Source of the DNA: Candidatus Omnitrophota bacterium
Lineage (GTDB): Bacteria > Omnitrophota > Gorgyraeia > Zapsychrales > Aceulaceae
Direction: 5' to 3'
DNA length: 64,000 nucleotides
Assembly: GCA_029564765.1 (NCBI GenBank)
Contig: JAKQPK010000019.1
Coordinates: 27,919 to 91,918 of the forward strand
Shown here piece after piece: positions 58,684 through 64,000 of the stretch. Position 1 is the first letter of the stretch; each line of letters starts with the position of its first letter. The notes beneath the pieces are model-generated. The model saw only the letters and a list, made by a program, of their open reading frames with translations, made no database searches and was not told the DNA's origin. A program made the translations under genes and the position numbers.

Positions 58684-59550
58684 CTACAGCGTTCGCACCA
58701 CAACAACATACGCATAGTGCCGGCCTAATTTTTCAGCAATGACCTGGGCCTTCTTTCGCGTTGGGACCAAGCCAAAAATGGATGGCCCACTCCCCGAGAA
58801 ACAGACATCAAGCCCTGAAATACGCTGAATATTGTTCTTTATGGTACGAAGTTGCGGATGGACGCGCACAATAGCTGCCTCCAAATCATTCGACAGGAAC
58901 TGACTCACCTTTCGGAGATCTTTTTTCCTCAATTCGTGAGTTAGGATATTAGCATTATCATTTCTTTTTGTCAACTTTCTTTTGACCGCTCTAAACACCT
59001 CTCCTGAATAAACTTTCAGGCGTGGCGTAATGATCACGTGCCACAATTTTTTGTTGATCCTGACCTTCCGGATCCTGTCCCCGCGCCCTGTTCCTATACA
59101 AAAATTATATTTATATATAAATAAAGGGACATCGCTGCCCAAGCGCTTAGCATACGCGATCAACGTTTTAGGGGGTAAATGCAGGTGCCAAAGCTTATTA
59201 AGCCCCAAAAGCGTGCTTGCGGCATTACTTGAGCCTCCCGCTAAGCCCGCGGCTACGGGGATACGCTTTGTAAGGTGGATATCAACACCCTGAGAAATGC
59301 CAAAATCCATCTGAAGCATCCTGGCAGCTTTGTAGATCAAATTCTTGGGCCCACAAGGAATGGACGGGTGGTCGCAGAAGATGCGGATCTTTCCGGAAGA
59401 CGTCAAAACAAAACGCAAATCATCATACAAAGATATTTTTTCAAACAGCGTAGAAAGATCGTGGTATCCATCAGGGCGCTTGTTGAGGACTTTTAAACAA
59501 AGATTGATCTTGGCTGGAGAGCGAAGAAAGATGCTTTTCATAAAACACAA
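58684..59550 (-). CDS. ispE: 4-diphosphocytidyl-2-C-methyl-D-erythritol kinase
   Basis: GHMP kinase motifs (PAKINLCLKV, PVAAGLAGGSSNAA). Confidence 0.85.
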   Translation of the reverse strand: MCFMKSIFLRSPAKINLCLKVLNKRPDGYHDLSTLFEKISLYDDLRFVLTSSGKIRIFCDHPSIPCGPKNLIYKAARMLQMDFGISQGVDIHLTKRIPVAAGLAGGSSNAASTLLGLNKLWHLHLPPKTLIAYAKRLGSDVPLFIYKYNFCIGTGRGDRIRKVRINKKLWHVIITPRLKVYSGEVFRAVKRKLTKRNDNANILTHELRKKDLRKVSQFLSNDLEAAIVRVHPQLRTIKNNIQRISGLDVCFSGSGPSIFGLVPTRKKAQVIAEKLGRHYAYVVVVRTL

Positions 59551-59553
59551 ACG

Positions 59554-60561
59554 CTAAGGTTGGTTCAAAAGAGGCAATTTTCCGCTATGTTCAACGGCTT
59601 TTATTTTATTAAGAATATCTTCTTGGCCAGGCAGCATCTCCAAGGACTTCTCCCAATGTTTTAGTGCCGCTGCCGCATCATTCATCCGAAGGTACGTATC
59701 CCCCAAATGATCATAAATAATAGGATCCTGCATGAACTTTAAAGCGCGTTCTAGGAAAAGACGCGCTTTTTCATAATCACCTTTTTTATAATACGCCCAT
59801 CCCAAACTATCCAGATAAGCCCCATTCTCAGGGTCGATATCTAAAGCGCGCTGGACCAACGCCACGGCTTCATCCAAATTAATTCCATCTTCCGCATACA
59901 TGTACCCTAAAGAATTCAAACTGCCGTCATTATTGGGATCCAGATCAATGGACTTCTGAAAACAAGCAGCAGCTTTATCCCGGTCAGGAAGCTCAATATA
60001 GAGTGAGCCCAATATAGAATACAGCTCCGGGCTGGGGCCATTCATTAAAAGCGCTTTTTCAAATTCGTCGATCGCCTGCTTGATCTTTCCCTGAGAAAAA
60101 TATAGCTGACCAAGAAAAGCTGGAATATCCCCGCTATCCGGATTTTGTTCAGCGATCCGCCTTAAAACAAACTCATACTCCTTGTCCGCCTTATCATCAT
60201 TGGATTGAGAAGAGTAAATGATCGCAAGCAGATAGTGAGCTTCGACATCTTTAGGGTTAAGCTCCGCAGCTTTTTTAAGTTCATCGACTGCTTTATCTAA
60301 CTGGCCTAGCTTGCCATAGCCGATGCCAAGCCGCAAACGGATCGTATAGTTATCCGGCTCAAGGGCGGCGGCTTTCTGATATTCCTCCAGCCCCTGATCT
60401 TCTGTTTCATTCCACTCGTTCAAAAGACCCATCGTATAATGGGCTAGGGCTTCCGCCTTGATGTTCCTTTCAGCGGAAAAGCAGGGCGAAGATAAGAAAA
60501 AAACCCCTCCAAGCCAAAAGGCGCACGCCTTTAAGAGTGTTGTTCGAAAATGACTATTCAT
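59554..60561 (-). CDS. secreted TPR-repeat protein
   Basis: Signal peptide MNSHFRTTLLKACAFWLGGVFFLSSPCFSA followed by ~8 TPR repeats. The ORF track starts at an upstream TTG (60618). Confidence 0.6.
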   Translation of the reverse strand: MNSHFRTTLLKACAFWLGGVFFLSSPCFSAERNIKAEALAHYTMGLLNEWNETEDQGLEEYQKAAALEPDNYTIRLRLGIGYGKLGQLDKAVDELKKAAELNPKDVEAHYLLAIIYSSQSNDDKADKEYEFVLRRIAEQNPDSGDIPAFLGQLYFSQGKIKQAIDEFEKALLMNGPSPELYSILGSLYIELPDRDKAAACFQKSIDLDPNNDGSLNSLGYMYAEDGINLDEAVALVQRALDIDPENGAYLDSLGWAYYKKGDYEKARLFLERALKFMQDPIIYDHLGDTYLRMNDAAAALKHWEKSLEMLPGQEDILNKIKAVEHSGKLPLLNQP

Positions 60562-60675
60562 GAGAGATGATTGTTTTCGCAAAGAAAGCTCGATCACTTT
60601 TCGTATGCTTGCTACCAAGCAAACTGACGATCTCAGCGCATGACGCCCTTAGGCGTCATGCGCTAAAACACTGTC

Positions 60676-60774
60676 CTAGTGATCTCTTTTCTTCAAGTGA
60701 CGCATTGCCTTTCGTCGTTTCTTGCGCTTATGCGTCGAGATCTTCCTGCGTTTTCTTTTTTTACCACAAGGCAT
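60676..60774 (-). CDS. putative 32-aa extremely basic small protein
   Basis: My translation MPCGKKRKRRKISTHKRKKRRKAMRHLKKRDH (20 of 32 residues are K/R/H). ATG is 14 nt after a weak AAGGG. It lies in a 185-bp gap between the TPR gene and hisG. Confidence 0.35.
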   Translation of the reverse strand: MPCGKKRKRRKISTHKRKKRRKAMRHLKKRDH

Positions 60775-60802
60775 AATGTTAACCCTTTCGTTATAAGATC
60801 GC

Positions 60803-61678
60803 TTAATAAATAAGTTTATTTAACGCGTACTCAATGATTCCTTGGGCGCCAGCATCCTTAAGCTGCGGAATAAGCATCCGCACGGTACCCTCGCTGATCA
60901 CTGTTTCAATAGCAACCCATCCGTCTTTAGCCAGCGGAGCAATCGTTGGATTTTGCAAAGCCGGCAGAACTTTAAGGATCTTACCAAGATCTTTTTCTTT
61001 GGCGTTCATTTTAAGGCCAACCATATTTTCCGCCTCAAGCGCCCCTCGAAGTAACATAATGATCTGGTCCATTTTCTTACACTTCCAAGGATCTTTACAA
61101 GCCTTATTATTAGCGATGAACTGGGTAGTGGATTCACAGACCGTTGAGACAATACGAAGCTTGTTCGCACGTAAGCTACTACCGGTCTCCGTCAATTCAA
61201 CGACCGCGTCCACTAAGCCGGAAGCAACCTTGGCCTCTGTTGCCCCCCAGCTAAACTCGACCTCCGCCTTGACTTTATTTTTCTTGAGATATTTCTCAGT
61301 GGCTTTGACCAACTCTGTTGCGATACGCTTGCCCTTCAGATCTTTGACGGTCTTCATTGACGACTCTTCCGGAACAGCCAAAACCCAGCGCACTTTAGAA
61401 GCGCTTTGTTTTGCATACAATAGGTCCGCTAGATGCGCAACGCGAGAACCATTCTCTTCGATCCAATCTGCGCCAGTGATGCCACAGTCCAAAGCCTCAT
61501 CTTCAACATAGCGCGACATTTCTTGAGCACGCAAGAGCACGACCTCAATCTCGTCATCGTCGATCATGGGAAAATACGAACGGCTTGAAACACGGATCTT
61601 AAACCCGGCTTTCTCGAACAAGCTGAACGTTGCCTCTTGAAGGCTTCCTTTGGGCAGGCCTAATTTAAGCTTCTTCAT
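60803..61678 (-). CDS. hisG: ATP phosphoribosyltransferase, long form with C-terminal regulatory domain
   Basis: HisG catalytic domains ([10 protein letters not shown]...) plus ~75-aa C-terminal ACT-like domain. Confidence 0.85.
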   Translation of the reverse strand: MKKLKLGLPKGSLQEATFSLFEKAGFKIRVSSRSYFPMIDDDEIEVVLLRAQEMSRYVEDEALDCGITGADWIEENGSRVAHLADLLYAKQSASKVRWVLAVPEESSMKTVKDLKGKRIATELVKATEKYLKKNKVKAEVEFSWGATEAKVASGLVDAVVELTETGSSLRANKLRIVSTVCESTTQFIANNKACKDPWKCKKMDQIIMLLRGALEAENMVGLKMNAKEKDLGKILKVLPALQNPTIAPLAKDGWVAIETVISEGTVRMLIPQLKDAGAQGIIEYALNKLIY

Positions 61679-61739
61679 ATATGTTTCCTTTTAAAATATT
61701 AATAATGGTATTCATTATAACAGAAAAACAAGAAACCGC

Positions 61740-61768
61740 ATTATACATTTGTCAAAATTGATTGTAAA
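61740..61768 (-). promoter_or_regulatory. candidate hisG promoter (TTTACA-N17-TATAAT)
   Basis: Minus-strand reading TTTACA ATCAATTTTGACAAATG TATAAT, ~60 nt upstream of the hisG ATG. AAAGGAAAC SD-like sequence before the start. Confidence 0.4.
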
Positions 61769-61926
61769 GAGAAGAATAAAACGAGCTCTTAAGCTCTAGG
61801 TCCTAAACCCTAAATCCTAGACAGATCTAAATGTTCAAATGTCAAATTTCCGAAACAAAACGTTTTGGCGTTTATCCTTAGGATTTTAAATTTGTTTAGA
61901 GTTTCGGATTTCGTGCTTCGAATTTC

Positions 61927-64000
61927 TTAATTAAGGCTTACTTTTTCCGTCTCGCGGGCAGGATCGAGACTGCGGGCAGCCCTTAACTGCTTTTCTTCTT
62001 CAGGGGACAATCCTAAAAGCGGAAAAATATTAATGATGGGCGTGATGCTGATGATGACCGGTGCCAGGCCATCGATGTGGCTCCAATCGATGTTTTGGAA
62101 TGTTGGAGCCGTATCTAGTATCTGGTCGTTAGTATTTAGCGGTTTGCCATCACTAAATACTAAATACCCTTCACTATTCACTGGTCTCTTTATTTTCACA
62201 TTCATATTATCAGCGTTAAAATCGATCCCGCCTTTTGTTTTTTCCACCCCACCTTGTGGTAAGCTTACCGAACCATCCCCGGCTTGCGCTTCTTTAAGCT
62301 TCCGATAAATATCCGGATAATAAAGATAGAGATACCTTGGGCTTCCGGCGAATAACTCTGCTTCATTATCGATAAGTTCTTCAAACCGCTCAAAATCCAT
62401 GCTCCAAAATTCATCAATTTCATGAAGATTGTAATGCTTTTGAACTTGATCCATTTCTTCTTCGGAAAGTTGATAAGCATACGCTGTTGTAAATTCTTTA
62501 ATTTCCTCGCGCTTAATCCCGTTGGCTCCTGAAATCTCTAACAATCTTTCCTTGTTGATATGGATCCCGGCCTCTTCGTGGGCTTCCCTCAAGGCAGCCT
62601 CCATTGGGGATTCTCCCTCGTCAAGGTGCCCGCTCACTGAAACCTGTAATTTGCCGGGAGAGGTTCTCTTCTTTGCGCTTCTTTTTTGAAGCAACAGACG
62701 GCCTTGGGGGTCAATAAAATAAATGTGCGCGGTCGCGTGCCACAAGCCTTGACGATGAGCCTCCTCATAGCTAGCAACCTCATCTTTAAAACTTCCATTT
62801 TCATTTACAAGTCTTACCGGAGCGCTTTCTTGATCGTTTGTAGTTATTCCTTCTTTGCCGCCTTTTATGATTCTGATACCTTGCAACATAGCCTTAGAAG
62901 AAAATTTTTCTCCTTCCGTCTGTCCAAAGCCCCACGCCCCATCGGAAATTGGACTGGACATCATTGGCGAAAGAGCTTGATCATCAAGCGATTGGTTCGT
63001 AAAAACATAGATCGCTTTGTCTTTGTCCGTGTTCCAGATAAAATCTGTCGCTGGATAATCTTCGGGTGGATTTTCAAAAAGATCAAGATAGTGAAATCCT
63101 ACATTTTCAAGACCGGCTCTAAATCTTTCAAACGTTCCTGTATCAAAACGCGCTAAGCGCAGAAAAAGGATCGCGTTTTGCGCTGACAATAATCTGATCT
63201 CCGCGAAATAATTTTCCATGTCTCCATCTGGGTCAGGGGCGTTCATAAAGATCCAATCAAATTTCTTGTCCGCATGCCGGGCCACAATATCAGGAGCGTC
63301 TCCCTGATCGACTTCCTCCATCACAAAAACATCTGTGCCGTCTATTTTTTCTGTCGCAGAAAAATTCATCTTGCGAAGTTTTTCCACATCAAGAGCATAA
63401 ACAGATTCTTCATCAAGGATCGGTCGGTACCTCTCACTAAAAAGATCCTGCATAAACTGACCATCGCTACCAAAATCCAAAACCCTCACTTTGTCTTTCG
63501 GATTACGCATATAGGATGTAGAAAGGAAACTAAACGTATCTGTCGTTGGGATCTTGCCGAACATAAACGCGTTTAGATCTACACGACCGCGCGACGCGTT
63601 GACCGCTGAGCTGACGGGCACAATCTTTAGAGCCTCTTGCCGAATGGCTTCTTCCGATGAAAGTTCTTTATCCATAACAGCTTTCACTTGCGGCGAAAGA
63701 TCATAAAGCGTGGCTAGAGGTCTGCTCGTATGAAAAATAACCGGGACCTCAGGGAATCGCCTTGCCATTTCTTGCGCAAGCCAATCCCCGCCCTTGCTTG
63801 GCATTTCAAAGTCGGTCATGACCAGATGGACATTTTGGTCAGCGAGCTTGCGCAAAGCTTCTTCAGGCCCGCTTGCTTCAATGACCTCATAATCTTTAAT
63901 TAACGCCTTTTTTAGAAATGCTCTCCAGCGCTCTCGATTATCAACGACAAGAACCTTGGGGCGAGACTCCGCGACAGGATCCTTGCCTGGCTTGGCGAAT
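61927..64000 (-). CDS. response-regulator receiver (REC) - methyltransferase-like domain - Nudix hydrolase fusion protein, N-terminus beyond the window edge
   Basis: The frame stays open to position 64000. My translation of 63856-64000 gives ...KVLVVDNRERWRAFLKKALIKDYEVIEASGPEEALRKLADQNVHLVMTDFEMP, a REC domain with DD-like and phospho-acceptor Asp motifs. The middle has the Rossmann-MTase motif I VLDFGSDGQF. The C-terminal part has the Nudix box GHLDEGESPMEAALREAHEEAGI. Confidence 0.6.
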   Translation of the reverse strand, partial: FAKPGKDPVAESRPKVLVVDNRERWRAFLKKALIKDYEVIEASGPEEALRKLADQNVHLVMTDFEMPSKGGDWLAQEMARRFPEVPVIFHTSRPLATLYDLSPQVKAVMDKELSSEEAIRQEALKIVPVSSAVNASRGRVDLNAFMFGKIPTTDTFSFLSTSYMRNPKDKVRVLDFGSDGQFMQDLFSERYRPILDEESVYALDVEKLRKMNFSATEKIDGTDVFVMEEVDQGDAPDIVARHADKKFDWIFMNAPDPDGDMENYFAEIRLLSAQNAILFLRLARFDTGTFERFRAGLENVGFHYLDLFENPPEDYPATDFIWNTDKDKAIYVFTNQSLDDQALSPMMSSPISDGAWGFGQTEGEKFSSKAMLQGIRIIKGGKEGITTNDQESAPVRLVNENGSFKDEVASYEEAHRQGLWHATAHIYFIDPQGRLLLQKRSAKKRTSPGKLQVSVSGHLDEGESPMEAALREAHEEAGIHINKERLLEISGANGIKREEIKEFTTAYAYQLSEEEMDQVQKHYNLHEIDEFWSMDFERFEELIDNEAELFAGSPRYLYLYYPDIYRKLKEAQAGDGSVSLPQGGVEKTKGGIDFNADNMNVKIKRPVNSEGYLVFSDGKPLNTNDQILDTAPTFQNIDWSHIDGLAPVIISITPIINIFPLLGLSPEEEKQLRAARSLDPARETEKVSLN

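Noticed and set aside
61800-61830. Telomere-like CCTAAACCCTAAATCCTAG (TTTAGGG-type) repeat in the hisG upstream region.
   Set aside because: Only ~2.5 repeat units in a bacterial intergenic region. Most likely coincidental or part of a palindromic regulatory element.
236-64000. Dozens of 60-150-aa ORFs in the six-frame track lie antisense to or nested within the large minus-strand genes. Examples are 4644..5099, 14613..15116, 19446..19886, 34484..35032, 39684..40223, 42979..43608, 56629..57096 and 60834..61511.
   Set aside because: They overlap confidently identified conserved genes on the opposite strand or in another frame. They have low-complexity or biased composition, no SD, and no recognisable motifs. 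These are typical shadow ORFs.
1-64000. Search for CRISPR arrays, IS elements, integrases or phage genes.
   Set aside because: I saw no direct-repeat/spacer periodicity and no transposase, integrase or recombinase motifs. Composition is uniform, so there is no evidence of a mobile element or island boundary.

Overview
The window is a dense, almost entirely minus-strand housekeeping region of a bacterial chromosome, with 60+ collinear genes, many coupled by 4-nt ATGA start/stop overlaps, and only two confident plus-strand genes. The organism is diderm: LpxI-LpxA-(LpxC/FabZ fusion)-LpxD-Skp-BamA and LolCDE are present. It also carries Firmicute-like modules (McsA-McsB-ClpC, SpoVG, PSP1/RicT, PIN-TRAM YacL, LexA, RadA). 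Core genes include metG, cysS, lysS, tmk, holB, dnaB, ssb, rpsF/rpsR/rplI/rplY, pth, prs, glmU, ispD/E/F, alr, tsaB/tsaE, thiL, cysE, ilvE, hisG and one tRNA-Gln. The main accessory element is an ~11 kb tightly coupled operon (28.2-39.6 kb). It encodes three radical-SAM enzymes (one B12-binding), a GT9 heptosyltransferase-like protein, a GT2-methyltransferase fusion, a split transketolase, a large GT-C/YfhO-like membrane protein and a TPR protein. I interpret this as an undescribed pathway for a heavily tailored, possibly C-methylated or chain-extended, sugar or glycoconjugate. Other unusual items are a response regulator fused to a methyltransferase-like domain and a Nudix hydrolase (truncated at the window end), a SpoVG with a zinc-ribbon insertion, and an HtpX protease with a canonical EF-hand. 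There are also leaderless-type promoters (lexA, DUF4126 gene), several hairpin terminators, and a small Pmp3/YqaE proteolipid gene missed by the ORF track. I found no transposase, integrase, CRISPR array or rRNA. Around positions 58031-58141 the printed sequence and the ORF track disagree by 1 nt, so coordinates there carry a +/-1 uncertainty.
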